Part shown: positions 37,532 to 47,611 of the stretch, piece by piece
Layout of the letters: each line of letters begins with the position of its first letter
Position numbering within the stretch: the stretch's first letter is position 1
Origin: Lachnospiraceae bacterium
Lineage (GTDB): Bacteria > Bacillota > Clostridia > Lachnospirales > Lachnospiraceae
Assembly: GCA_017623215.1 (NCBI GenBank)
Contig: JAGAPO010000014.1
Span: forward strand, 243 to 64,242
Direction: 5' to 3'
DNA length: 64,000 bases
Position numbers and translations under genes: made by a program
Notes under the pieces: model-generated
What the model saw: the letters and a program-made list of their open reading frames with translations, nothing else
The model's database searches: none
What the model was told of the DNA's origin: nothing

Positions 37532-38680
37532 CTATACGTGTGTCAGGCTCTTTTTCCTGCTTTTCTCGTCATACATTGCCCTGTCGGCACGGATAAATGC
37601 ATTCTCCATTGCATTATTCTGTTCCAGATTCACCACGGCATATCCGGAGGAGAATGTACAGCCAATTTCCGAATTATTATCCGAGCTGTTCATAAAATCA
37701 ATCTTTTGCTCCAGTATCTCTTTTGGCACATTTAATGCGATGACGGCAAATTCATCTCCGCCGATTCTGAAAATTTCGTAATCGTCCCCGCAGAAAATAT
37801 TTTTAAGAAAATCCGCCGCTTTTTTCAGGGTTATATCCCCGACATGGTGTCCCAAGGTGTCATTGATTTTCTTAAAATTATCGAGGTCAATAACCATAGC
37901 ATACACCGTGTTCTCTTTATCCAGAGCTCTTTCCAATTCATTGATTTTCTCAAGGTATGCTGTACGGTTTTTCATCCCTGTCAGCGTATCCTGATACGCA
38001 ATTTTATGCCATTTTTTCTCATTTTGAAGCTGAATGTTTAAATCGTATAATCTTTTTTTCTGAAACAGAGTAACGATAAATACAACATAAAAGGAAATAA
38101 CGGTGAGCGAAATCAAGACATACACCGGGACATATTCCATTCTTTCGACCAATGGTTTCGGATAAGCTGACGCAAATACCATCAAGGCATAAATCAAAAT
38201 GGTGGAAATCATAAGAACACCCCAACCGTCCTGCACGCTTTCCAAAAGAACGCGGTATCGCGAAAAATACGGTCTGCATTTAAGATAGATGATAAGGAAC
38301 AGCAGGAACGCGAAAATACAGCTGATAATACCGCCAAGCGGGCCCGCAAAAACACCTGCCGCTCTTGCGAAAAAGGCAATCACAAGAGTTACGGTATCCA
38401 CAAAGCAAAAGGTCACAAAGAACCTGGCATCTTTATAGGCGGACAGAATCCAAAACAGAGTAAAGCTTGGAACCGTGATACATACAAAAGATGCCACAGA
38501 AGCGGCCAGATGAAAGACCTGTGTTCCCAAAATGTAGAACACAAAAAGGCTGACACAGCCTATATGCATAATGGTTCTGTAAACAAGGTTGTCTTTTTTT
38601 AATTTCGTTAGTTTTGCGTATATGACCAAATCAAATACTAATACAATAATATCACTTAATAAAGCAATCTTGTCCTCCAC
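37532..38680 (-). CDS. Membrane-anchored diguanylate cyclase (GGDEF domain)
   Basis: About 6 TM helices, then the GGDEF domain (RIGGDEFAV). GTG start as given in the track; the RBS is weak. Confidence 0.8.
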   Translation of the reverse strand: MEDKIALLSDIIVLVFDLVIYAKLTKLKKDNLVYRTIMHIGCVSLFVFYILGTQVFHLAASVASFVCITVPSFTLFWILSAYKDARFFVTFCFVDTVTLVIAFFARAAGVFAGPLGGIISCIFAFLLFLIIYLKCRPYFSRYRVLLESVQDGWGVLMISTILIYALMVFASAYPKPLVERMEYVPVYVLISLTVISFYVVFIVTLFQKKRLYDLNIQLQNEKKWHKIAYQDTLTGMKNRTAYLEKINELERALDKENTVYAMVIDLDNFKKINDTLGHHVGDITLKKAADFLKNIFCGDDYEIFRIGGDEFAVIALNVPKEILEQKIDFMNSSDNNSEIGCTFSSGYAVVNLEQNNAMENAFIRADRAMYDEKSRKKSLTHV

Positions 38681-38837
38681 AATATTCTATTGCCCCTTTC
38701 TTTTGTTAAATTCATCCCACATTCCTTTTCAGCGGGCCATGTTGCCCGCCTCATCGTCTTATTGGTCAAGTGTTGTATAGATACTGAGAGTTCTCCATTT
38801 GCTGTTATTTTTTTAAATATAGGTCTAATTATAAATT

Positions 38838-38865
38838 ATTATATCATGTACCCTGTTTTTGTCAA
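38838..38865 (-). promoter_or_regulatory. Putative promoter of the GGDEF gene
   Basis: Minus strand: TTGACA, 16 nt spacer, TGaTATAAT (extended -10). Confidence 0.5.
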
Positions 38866-39066
38866 GGGATTGGTCCTATTCCTCGGCGAGCACAATCGCC
38901 CCTCCCTGTACTGCTTCAGGAAAGACGCGGCCAATTGCGCTGCCTTTTTGTCCCTCATATCGGGAACTCTCGCCTCTGCCCGGCATCCACCCCTGTCGGG
39001 CAGGAATTCTTTGTAGCTTTCTCCTTATTATGAGGGATTTTTGCGTCATTGGCAATGACGGAGTTT

Positions 39067-41361
39067 TCACATTTTTGCCCGTTCTTCCCATTTTCGGCAC
39101 TGCGGTTCATATGTCATTCCAAAGTTCATCTCATAATAGTGTCCCGCCGCGTCTCTGTACGCATAGGCTTTTCCGTTCTCATCCTTCCGCTCGTCCGGCA
39201 TATATTGATCCTTATCATACCCCGGGACATCATTCGGGCTGATGCAGACGCCGTTCGCGTCAACCTTCAGAACCTCATCGTCCTTCGGAAGCGTAATCGG
39301 AAGTCTGCCGGACGGAACGAACTGCCCGAACATTACATCCAGCGTCGCGGATGGATACGTGTCGTAGCCTGCTGTCAGCGCATCCACGTAAGGCTCCACG
39401 CTGCCAAGCTGCCATGCGAGCGTGAAATTCACATTTGCAATTACTTTTCCGCCGTTACCGTGAACCGCCTGTGCGATCTGTGCGATGCGGCCAGCTCCGG
39501 TCAGCGTAGTCTCAAGATGCGTCTGCTCCGTTGGACGGCCTTCCTCGTCCACATTACATACCTCTTTGTCCTCGCAGATATCCAATTCCAGATATCCGGG
39601 CGTCGCATTGAAATATTCTCCCGACGACGGCGAAAGCATCAGGATTGCATAATCCGCCCCCGCCGGCTCCTCAACCAGTTCCCTATCTTTCAGCAGTTCT
39701 TTTAACTGCTTTGTCATCCGCTCCGCCATCTCCGGCCTCTTATGAAATGCTTCCGCATATACTCTCTTCCCCGCCAGCTTCTCCGCAGTAAGCGGCAGCG
39801 TGCCATCGTTCTTTAACAGTGTCACACTCTTACGGTGTGCATCCATCGCCTGCTCCCAGTATCGCTTCGTCACGGCGGTCTCTGCTGCCTTCACGGGATC
39901 ACGGTACGGATTCTCGAACATTCCAAGCTCGAACATCTCCGTTAAGGTTCTTGCAACCGCGCGGTTAAGCGCCTCATCGGTCAGTACCAATTCTTCCTTT
40001 GAGAATCCTTCCGGAACCGGATGCGTATCATAATAATCGTTCTTGCCCCTGCGGTAGGCCTCCATGCCGTATTCGTTGTCGAACAGACCGCTGATCACGT
40101 CCACACCGGCGTTATTTACGGCGAATCCGATGCGCTCCGGCTCTTCCAACATCTCGACGCCCCAATTCATGTTGTGGACAATTCCGGTATCCGAGTTAAT
40201 ATAACCCTCAAAGCCCATCTGCTTTCGAAGCAGTTCATCGAGGAACGGTCGGTTATAGGCAAAGCCGTATGGCTTCATCTCTATCGGATTCCCGTTCTTA
40301 TCAAGCTGTACCGCACTCTTTTCCTTCGCAGGCTTTGCATAATACGGCATGATGGAGGCCGCCTTACAGTCAACCGCTGTCTGGAAGCCGGGAAGGTGGT
40401 ATTTTTGCAGGCTTCCCTCGGTCTGATATACGTTCCACTGCCCCATCTTGTAATGCGGATCGAACCCGTTCTCTCTTGCTCCGCCTCCCGGGAAATGCTT
40501 CACGGTCATGGCTACGCCGTCCGCTGTCACCCCGTCCTCACTTCCCTGGATTCTCGGAATGATATGCCGGAGGATCTCACAGATCAATTCCGGATCCTCT
40601 CCAAAGGTACCGTAGGTCCGCTGCCAGCGCGGATCGGACATGACATCCGCCATATACATATACCCCTTGCGCAGCCCGGCCGAGTTCCAGGTGTCGCGCA
40701 CACAATCCGCGAACTCATCTGCAATCGCAATCCTATCCCCCTTAATTGCCGCCGCGATCCCCAACGTTCCCGGCCACGCCGGAAATACGCCGACCGCGTC
40801 ATTCATTCCGAATACCGCTTCTCCGTGCTCATTTCTGGAGTTCGAAGCCACGATCACCGGGACAAAATGTCTGCACTCCTCCGCAACCGCCTGAAGCTGA
40901 TTCAGATAATCCGTCATATCGTTCGGAGTCGGATTCGCCCGCAGAATCAGATGGCGTGCAAACCATTCTTTCAGCAGCACCGAGGTTCCCGGCAAATACT
41001 GGTCACCGAAGATCGTCTTGCCGCGAAACTCTCCCTCGTCCAATATACCGGATTCATCCAATTTGATATCCTTTGGATCAATCGGATTCATCGGGCCTTT
41101 GGGCGCCGGGTATTTTCCCATACGCCAATCGGAGATGAAAAGCTGCCCTATCTTCTCCTCGGTTGTTAACGTCTCCACATAGGCCTGCGCACGCTCCTTC
41201 GCGGGAATCCTCCAGTCATTGACCGCGCTTACCTCTCCGGTTCCGTCAATGTCCTTAAAGAACAGGCCGTCCTTCTCGATTATTTTGCGGGTCACCGTGC
41301 TGATTACAGGTCCGCCCTCGTTTGCATAATATTTCAGATGATCACTTGCTTTTACCGCCAT
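39067..41361 (-). CDS. GH3 family beta-glucosidase/xylosidase-type hydrolase
   Basis: KHFPGGGARENGFDPH and GYINSDTG (nucleophile region). Start set at ATG 41361 (MAVKASD) with GGAGAAGG upstream. Confidence 0.85.
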   Translation of the reverse strand: MAVKASDHLKYYANEGGPVISTVTRKIIEKDGLFFKDIDGTGEVSAVNDWRIPAKERAQAYVETLTTEEKIGQLFISDWRMGKYPAPKGPMNPIDPKDIKLDESGILDEGEFRGKTIFGDQYLPGTSVLLKEWFARHLILRANPTPNDMTDYLNQLQAVAEECRHFVPVIVASNSRNEHGEAVFGMNDAVGVFPAWPGTLGIAAAIKGDRIAIADEFADCVRDTWNSAGLRKGYMYMADVMSDPRWQRTYGTFGEDPELICEILRHIIPRIQGSEDGVTADGVAMTVKHFPGGGARENGFDPHYKMGQWNVYQTEGSLQKYHLPGFQTAVDCKAASIMPYYAKPAKEKSAVQLDKNGNPIEMKPYGFAYNRPFLDELLRKQMGFEGYINSDTGIVHNMNWGVEMLEEPERIGFAVNNAGVDVISGLFDNEYGMEAYRRGKNDYYDTHPVPEGFSKEELVLTDEALNRAVARTLTEMFELGMFENPYRDPVKAAETAVTKRYWEQAMDAHRKSVTLLKNDGTLPLTAEKLAGKRVYAEAFHKRPEMAERMTKQLKELLKDRELVEEPAGADYAILMLSPSSGEYFNATPGYLELDICEDKEVCNVDEEGRPTEQTHLETTLTGAGRIAQIAQAVHGNGGKVIANVNFTLAWQLGSVEPYVDALTAGYDTYPSATLDVMFGQFVPSGRLPITLPKDDEVLKVDANGVCISPNDVPGYDKDQYMPDERKDENGKAYAYRDAAGHYYEMNFGMTYEPQCRKWEERAKM

Positions 41362-41499
41362 ACCTTCTCCGTTCCGCCGTGTTCCCCCGCTACCGGCTGC
41401 ATTTGATTGGGGGATGCTGCAAACCGTACAGAAACTCCTAAGTTTTATCAGCATCCCCCTTATTCATTTTCTTATTAATCTGCTTCTTATCTTACCGGT

Positions 41500-43752
41500 T
41501 TACTTCTTAATCTGATTCAGCGCCGCGTTAAATCCAAGCATCTGCTCCTTGGTCAGCGGCTCCGAGCCCATCGTTCCCATCATGGACATCAGGCGCTTAA
41601 TCGTAAAGCCCGCCATGAAGCCCATCATCGCCTCATTCTCCATCATGGAGGAAGCGTCTATCATCCCTTCCTTACCGGCCATCGCAGATTTGAGAACATT
41701 CATAATCATCTCTCTGCCTGCCGGATTTGCCAACAGATCGCCCATCTTGTCGTTGATGGAGAAATATCCGTCCGGAGCGGTGATTTCAAACCAGTTTAAG
41801 ACATCGCCGGTCTCAACCATGCGATACGCGTCGTTGAACTTCTCTACCTTCACAATCCTGCTGGTATCCTCACACGCACCGGCCTTTGCAGCCAGTTCCG
41901 TGGTTCCCGCGTTCGGCACATCAAAATAGAAGAAATGCACATCGCTCGCCTGCTTTCCAAGGCTTACGCCGTTTGCGAACAGCTCAACCTCCGGAAGATT
42001 CGAGTATACCGTTACCTTCGTTACCTCCTCCACACGATCAACATAACGCTTGCCGCAGATGTGTACGAACGGCTCATCCGATAACCATGCCTTGTAGGCG
42101 TAGAACGCATCCTTTTTATATTTCCGGTCAAAGGTTACAAGACCCTTGTGGTTCATGCCGTCCTCGCCGCCCTCGGAACGCGCGTCTGCTGCGAAGTCGA
42201 ACATATTCCATACATGGGTTGCCCAGATATAAGGTCTGGTAAATAACTGCTTGATTAGCTCCTCATGGTAGTATGCCTGGTACTCCTCGGTGTAGTCGCC
42301 CTGCTCCGGATTGGAGGTGTGCCAGTTGAGCGCTTCACAGCCATACTCGCTCATACCGACCGGAAGATTCGGATGCGTCGCATGGAACTTATCTAACCAG
42401 GGACCGTTCATCGAGGTATCTCCTCCGTACCAGCCGAAATAGTGGTTCCACGATACGGTGTCCGGAATATTCACATACTCGCTGTCCATCGGACACATGG
42501 ATACAACCGCCATTGTGGTCTTTCTGGTCTTGTCCATCTCGTGGCACAGATCGTTCAAGATTCTGTGGTTCTCAAGCAGATCCGGGTCATCCGCGCCCTT
42601 CATGCTGATCTCATTGGAGAGCCCCCATACGAAGATGGATGCGTGATTATAGTTCTGCGTAATCAGCTCCTTCATCTGGGAAATGGTATTCTCCCGTCCG
42701 TTCGGCATATGATTCGAAATATACGGAATCTCTGCCCAGAGCACAAAGCCCATCTCATCGCACAGATCGTAGAAATACTGATTGTGCTGATAGTGAGCCA
42801 GACGAATTGTGGTCGCGCCCACCTCGCAGATCAACTCAAGGTCTTCCCTATGATGCTCCGGAAGCAGGGCGTTGCCGATCTCCGGTCTGTCCTGATGTCT
42901 GGATACGCCGCGAAGCGGGTACTCTTCGCCGTTCAGGATAAAGCCTCTGTCCGGATCAATCTCAAAGAAACGGCAGCCAAAACGAACGCATCTTGCGTCA
43001 AGCTCAGTCTCGCCATCCTTGAGAACCGCTTCCAGGGTATACAGGAACGGATCCTTACGTCCGTTCCAAAGGTGTACATTCTCGATCATCAAATCCGCTT
43101 TTCCTTCCGCCGCAGCCACCGTCTTTTTGGCAGCAACGGTCTCGCCGTCCTTAATAGTAAATGTAACCTCCTCCGTGCCGCTCAGCCCGGTGAAATACGC
43201 AGTTACATTCACCTCCGCATCCGCGCCCTGAACAATCGGGGTAACGGTAACGCCGGGGCCTCCGAAATAATCCAGATCAAAGCGGGTCTTCGGAACGCAG
43301 AGGATATTCACGTTCCGGTAAATACCGCCGTAGAAGGTAAAATCCGCCATCTGCGGATAAACTCTGTCATTGGGCGCATTATCCACTGCAACGACGATAT
43401 CATTCTCCTCCTCAAGAAGCTCCGTGATGTTGGCGCGGAAGGTCGAATAACCGCCGTCATGATGCACCGCAAGGGTTCCGTTCACAAAGACATCCGCGGA
43501 GGAGTTCGCTCCCTCGAACTCAAGATATACTTCCTGCGCATCTGCAAGAAGCGCTTTGTTCAGCTTCTTTGTATAGTAACAGGTTCCGCGGTAGTAGTCA
43601 CTTCCGCCGTCCTGTCCGTCTTTTCCGTTCCAGGTATGCGGCAAATCAACCGTTTCCCATGCATCCGCATTCAGCACGGTACGATTGTCTTTGACAAGCG
43701 CCGCGTCCTTTGTAAATAACCAAGATTCATTCCAGCTAAATTTTCTGCTCAT
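41500..43752 (-). CDS. GH2 family glycoside hydrolase, paralogue of 33889..36153
   Basis: LPHTWNGKDGQDG, RLAHYQHNQYFYDLCDEMGFVLWAEIPY, WGLSNEI, GMSEYGCEA. GGAGG lies 7 nt upstream of ATG 43752. Confidence 0.85.
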   Translation of the reverse strand: MSRKFSWNESWLFTKDAALVKDNRTVLNADAWETVDLPHTWNGKDGQDGGSDYYRGTCYYTKKLNKALLADAQEVYLEFEGANSSADVFVNGTLAVHHDGGYSTFRANITELLEEENDIVVAVDNAPNDRVYPQMADFTFYGGIYRNVNILCVPKTRFDLDYFGGPGVTVTPIVQGADAEVNVTAYFTGLSGTEEVTFTIKDGETVAAKKTVAAAEGKADLMIENVHLWNGRKDPFLYTLEAVLKDGETELDARCVRFGCRFFEIDPDRGFILNGEEYPLRGVSRHQDRPEIGNALLPEHHREDLELICEVGATTIRLAHYQHNQYFYDLCDEMGFVLWAEIPYISNHMPNGRENTISQMKELITQNYNHASIFVWGLSNEISMKGADDPDLLENHRILNDLCHEMDKTRKTTMAVVSMCPMDSEYVNIPDTVSWNHYFGWYGGDTSMNGPWLDKFHATHPNLPVGMSEYGCEALNWHTSNPEQGDYTEEYQAYYHEELIKQLFTRPYIWATHVWNMFDFAADARSEGGEDGMNHKGLVTFDRKYKKDAFYAYKAWLSDEPFVHICGKRYVDRVEEVTKVTVYSNLPEVELFANGVSLGKQASDVHFFYFDVPNAGTTELAAKAGACEDTSRIVKVEKFNDAYRMVETGDVLNWFEITAPDGYFSINDKMGDLLANPAGREMIMNVLKSAMAGKEGMIDASSMMENEAMMGFMAGFTIKRLMSMMGTMGSEPLTKEQMLGFNAALNQIKK

Positions 43753-43983
43753 TGCAACCTCCATTCCCTGCGCCCTGCGAATCAGGATCTCTGACCGATA
43801 TTAACCCGTGGAACCAACGGCAATCGTTCCACCTTTATCCTGTGTACCATTCTACAGGATTCTTCTTCCGATTATATCAAACCCCTGCTATTTGCACTTG
43901 AATAATTTTTTCATAAGTTGTATGATTTTTGTGTAAACGTTCAAGTTACTGTAAAATATTAACAATACGGAGCAAGCCAGACG

Positions 43984-45201
43984 ATGAATACGAATACACC
44001 CGCCAATACCTGTTTTCAGCTTTTGAATAAAGTCCTGATGGATGCCTTTCAGACGGAGTCCCTGCTGTTCACCCCGCCCTACGGCGATCTGTCCCGAATC
44101 GACCACGGAATCCGCAGTATGATGTGGTCGGATTTTCTGAACGCGAACGAACGCGCGTCCTCCACCATTCCGGATGGGAACCGCAGGCTGTTCATCGTTC
44201 GGAGCAATCTGGGCTTTTACAATATTATTGCCTATCTGAATCTGAATAAGCAGCCGGATTTTATTTCCATCGGTCCGTTTCGGGCGAAGGAATTCTCTTC
44301 CGATTCTTTTTCGCAGCTCGTAACGAGCCTTCCCCTGTCCGCCGATACCCTTTTGCTCCTGAAATATTTTTACGAAGGGCTTCCGTACGCTCCGCTGTCC
44401 CCCCTCGTCAGCACGGCCAGACATATTTTGGCAGCATATTACCCGGAATTCGAGACGATAGAGCCTGTCTCTATCGAATTCTCTGATCAAAAGCGAGAGA
44501 TTCAGATTAACATGGATCTATTACAGGATTATTCCGCAGATCTTGCCGAGATATACCAGACATCACTGCTTCGGTTTCTGGGCGCGTTAAAAAAAGGGGA
44601 GTCCGATGCGGCGCAGAAGGAATTGAAGCATTTTCTGCAGGTCACCAACCTTGTCTCCGCCCAGAATATAACAGAGTGCAAGAAGGGCTTAAATATTCTG
44701 AACGATTACTGCCATGCGGCACTTTTGGAGACTGCTGTTCACCCGCAGCATATCCTGAAGCTTTGCTCTGCACTGCGATTAAAAATCGGCAGCGCGAACC
44801 ATCTTGATGCCTTGTTATCCCTGCCGAATGACATTTGCCACAAGTATTGCCTGTTAGTTAAGAATTATGCGTATCCGGAGTATTCCAAGACGGTGCGCTC
44901 TGTTATCAATTATATTAATCTGCATCTGGAAGAAAATCTGACACTGTCGCATTTAGCGGAGCAGTTAGGAAAAAATCCCACCTCTCTGTCGTATGCCTTC
45001 AGCAGAGAAGTGGGAATGAGTATTACAAGCTTTATTCATCAGGTCCGAATCAATGAGGCGATTCGGTATTTTAACACGACAGCACTGTCGGTATCGGAAG
45101 TCGCAATTATCGTTGGGTTCCAGGACTTCGCATATTTTTCTCGGCTGTTCCGCAAGCAGGTTGGGTGCAGTCCGCGGGAGTATTGCAGACGGATTCGGTA
45201 G
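43984..45201 (+). CDS. AraC family transcriptional regulator
   Basis: C-terminal double HTH: LSHLAEQLGKNPTSLSYAFSREVG ... VSEVAIIVGFQDFAYFSRLFRKQVGCSPREY. Confidence 0.85.
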   Translation: MNTNTPANTCFQLLNKVLMDAFQTESLLFTPPYGDLSRIDHGIRSMMWSDFLNANERASSTIPDGNRRLFIVRSNLGFYNIIAYLNLNKQPDFISIGPFRAKEFSSDSFSQLVTSLPLSADTLLLLKYFYEGLPYAPLSPLVSTARHILAAYYPEFETIEPVSIEFSDQKREIQINMDLLQDYSADLAEIYQTSLLRFLGALKKGESDAAQKELKHFLQVTNLVSAQNITECKKGLNILNDYCHAALLETAVHPQHILKLCSALRLKIGSANHLDALLSLPNDICHKYCLLVKNYAYPEYSKTVRSVINYINLHLEENLTLSHLAEQLGKNPTSLSYAFSREVGMSITSFIHQVRINEAIRYFNTTALSVSEVAIIVGFQDFAYFSRLFRKQVGCSPREYCRRIR

Positions 45202-45216
45202 CGGTATCCTGCCTCT

Positions 45217-46266
45217 TTAGCCTTCATCCTCGAGATAAGCCGCAATCAGCTTCAGCGTGTTCTCAACACCGTCTCTGTGGCTTCTCTCATACCCGTGCGA
45301 AGCATATACCCCCGGACCAATCAGTCCATGGCGCACATCCGCGCCCGCACGAAGTGTTGCTTCCACATCCGTACCATAATGCGGATAGATATCAACCGCG
45401 TACGAGATTCCGTGCTTCTCGGCAATCTCTGCCATGCGGCTTACCACATCATAATTGTACGGTCCGCCGCTGTCCTTTGCGCAAATCGAAACCTGTCGCT
45501 CCGTACACTGCAGGCCGTCGCCCACGCAGCCCATATCAACCGACCACGCTTCCGTTACCCCTTCCGGACAGGGTGCGCTTCCGCCGTGTCCAACCTCCTC
45601 ATAAATCGTGAAATGCGCATAGATCGCGCGCTTCGGCGTGATTGCCTCGTCTTTTAAATATTTCGCATAGCCTAACAGAATTGCGGAGGAAAGCTTATCA
45701 TCCAGGAACCGGCTCTTGATATAACCGCTCTTTGTAATCCGGGTCCGCGGCTCAAAGCATACATAATCTCCCGGCATAATTCCAAGCGCCTGCACATCCT
45801 TCTTCGACTCTACCGGCTCGTCGATCACAATCTCCACAGTATCCCAGGTACGCTTCGGCCCCGCATAATCATCATTCACATGGACCGAAGCGTTGACCAA
45901 CTGACAGGTTCCCTCATAGCACTTTCCGGAACGGGTCCGAATCCGGCAGTTCTCCGCCTCCGCGTTGCTCGCCTGCATCCCGCCGATATTCGTTACCTTC
46001 AGACGGCCGTTGCCCTTGATCTCATGCACCATCGCTCCCAGCGTATCGCAGTGCGCCTCAAGCAAAAGAGCGTCTTTCTTATTCTCTCCGCCGAATTCCG
46101 CAATCACGCCTCCCTTGACGGTTCGGTATGCTTTCACTCCGAGTGCTGCAAGCTCTGTGAGCAGATATTCTGTTACTTCTCTTCCGTAGCCGGACGGACT
46201 GTCAATCGCAAGCAGGGCTTTTGCCTGCTCCATGGCATAGTCGGTATATATGGTGAAATCCTTCAT
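45217..46266 (-). CDS. M42 family metallopeptidase (aminopeptidase/FrvX-YsdC-like)
   Basis: LLLEAHCDTLGAMV, IYEEVGHGGS, VDIYPHYGTD. Start at ATG 46266, inside repeat copy B. Confidence 0.8.
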   Translation of the reverse strand: MKDFTIYTDYAMEQAKALLAIDSPSGYGREVTEYLLTELAALGVKAYRTVKGGVIAEFGGENKKDALLLEAHCDTLGAMVHEIKGNGRLKVTNIGGMQASNAEAENCRIRTRSGKCYEGTCQLVNASVHVNDDYAGPKRTWDTVEIVIDEPVESKKDVQALGIMPGDYVCFEPRTRITKSGYIKSRFLDDKLSSAILLGYAKYLKDEAITPKRAIYAHFTIYEEVGHGGSAPCPEGVTEAWSVDMGCVGDGLQCTERQVSICAKDSGGPYNYDVVSRMAEIAEKHGISYAVDIYPHYGTDVEATLRAGADVRHGLIGPGVYASHGYERSHRDGVENTLKLIAAYLEDEG

Positions 46267-46306
46267 ACTAATCTCCATTCTGAGAACGTTTTTTGTTCGA
46301 GGAATC
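46264..46306 (-). repeat. 43-nt leader/initiation-region element, copy B
   Basis: The + strand reads catactaatctccattcTgagaacgttttttgttcgaggaatc, 42/43 identical to 1701..1743. Confidence 0.75.
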
Positions 46307-46348
46307 CTTGTGTAATCTGGCTGTGATGCCCCGATATTTTATAGGATT

Positions 46349-46377
46349 AGTATATTTTATTCCACCGCAAATGTCAA
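46349..46377 (-). promoter_or_regulatory. Putative promoter of the M42 peptidase gene
   Basis: Minus strand: TTGACA, 17 nt spacer, TATACT, about 45 nt upstream of repeat copy B. Confidence 0.5.
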
Positions 46378-46415
46378 CCGGACATTGCCGCATCCGCCCG
46401 TATCCGAACTTTTTC

Positions 46416-47351
46416 TTAGTTGTTGAACAAAGGAGTTGACAGGTATCTATCACCGGAATCCGGAAGCAGAACCACGATGGTCTTTCCCTTATTCTCCGGT
46501 CTCTCCGCCAGAATCTTTGCCGCCTTTAAAGCCGCGCCGGACGAGATACCTACAAGAATTCCTTCGCTCACCGCAAATGCTTTGCCTTCTGCAAATGCGT
46601 CTTCATTCTCAATGGTAATTACCTCATCATATATTGCCGTATTCAGTACATCCGGTACAAATCCGGCTCCGATTCCCTGGATCTTGTGTGCACCCGGTGT
46701 ACCCTTTGATAATACCGGGCTGGAAGCCGGCTCCACTGCCACAATCTTCACGCTCGGATTCTTTTCTTTTAAATATTCTCCAACACCGGTAATGGTTCCG
46801 CCCGTGCCTACGCCTGCAACGAAGATATCTACCTTTCCATCCGTCTGCTCCCAGATCTCCGGACCGGTTGTCGCCTTATGTACAGCCGGATTCGCCGGGT
46901 TCACGAACTGTCCAAGGATAACCGAACTCGGGATGGATTCTTTTAATTCCTCGGCTTTCGCGATAGCTCCCTTCATCCCCTTAGCGCCCTCGGTAAGAAC
47001 CAATTCCGCACCATATGCCTTTAAAAGATTTCTTCTTTCCACGCTCATCGTATCAGGCAGGGTCAGAACTGCTTTATATCCTTTTGCTGCAGCAACAGCG
47101 GCAAGACCAATTCCCGTATTACCGCTTGTCGGTTCAATAATCGTTGCCCCTTCCTTCAAAAGTCCCTTCTTCTCCGCATCTTCAATCATCGCAAGGGCAA
47201 TTCTGTCCTTAACGGAACCGGCAGGATTCAGGTATTCCAGCTTCGCAAGGATTGTAGCATCCTTCACCCCGGCCTTCTTTGTATACCCATTCAACTTTAA
47301 TATCGGGGTCTTTCCAATTAACTCTAACGCGCTTTCTTTAATCTGACTCAT
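46416..47351 (-). CDS. cysK: Cysteine synthase A (O-acetylserine sulfhydrylase)
   Basis: PLP-lysine motif [29 protein letters not shown]. 311 aa. GGAGG lies 7 nt upstream of the ATG. Confidence 0.9.
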   Translation of the reverse strand: MSQIKESALELIGKTPILKLNGYTKKAGVKDATILAKLEYLNPAGSVKDRIALAMIEDAEKKGLLKEGATIIEPTSGNTGIGLAAVAAAKGYKAVLTLPDTMSVERRNLLKAYGAELVLTEGAKGMKGAIAKAEELKESIPSSVILGQFVNPANPAVHKATTGPEIWEQTDGKVDIFVAGVGTGGTITGVGEYLKEKNPSVKIVAVEPASSPVLSKGTPGAHKIQGIGAGFVPDVLNTAIYDEVITIENEDAFAEGKAFAVSEGILVGISSGAALKAAKILAERPENKGKTIVVLLPDSGDRYLSTPLFNN

Positions 47352-47395
47352 AATCTTACCTCCATAATTTGATTTTGGGCATCCGCCCTGGACTT

Positions 47396-47430
47396 AAAAA
47401 AATAGCAGCTGTCATATGCATGACACCTGC
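47396..47430 (-). terminator. Intrinsic terminator inside the cysK leader (attenuator)
   Basis: Minus strand: GCAGGTGTCAT-gcat-ATGACAGCTGC (11-bp stem, one mismatch) followed by TATTTTTTT. It lies 45 nt upstream of the cysK ATG and downstream of the leader ORF. Confidence 0.65.
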
Positions 47431-47447
47431 TCATCCGTAACATGAAT

Positions 47448-47552
47448 TCAGGTACACAATGCATATGAAAAATAAACCGTATTCATGCATACAGTCTGGC
47501 AGCAACAACACATGATGTCGTATTCCTGATTCGCGGCATTCCTTTTCTTCAT
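47448..47552 (-). CDS. Cys-rich leader peptide MKKRNAANQEYDIMCCCCQTVCMNTVYFSYALCT (34 codons)
   Basis: AAAGGAGA lies about 9 nt upstream of ATG 47552. Codons 15-18 are TGT TGT TGC TGC, with further Cys at codons 22 and 33. The stop TGA is at 47450-47448. Below the 60-aa cutoff of the supplied track. Confidence 0.6.
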   Translation of the reverse strand: MKKRNAANQEYDIMCCCCQTVCMNTVYFSYALCT

Positions 47553-47611
47553 TGCATTGTCTCCTTTCTTCAAAGCCTATCTAATACATAGGTTTTATAT
47601 ATTATATATAG

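Noticed and set aside
47352-47605. T-box or S-box (SAM) riboswitch in the cysK leader
   Set aside because: I could not find the T-box core (GGGTGGTACCGCG-like), a specifier-loop arrangement or S-box conserved helices. The leader instead has a well-placed RBS and a Cys-run ORF. A cmscan is still needed for formal exclusion.
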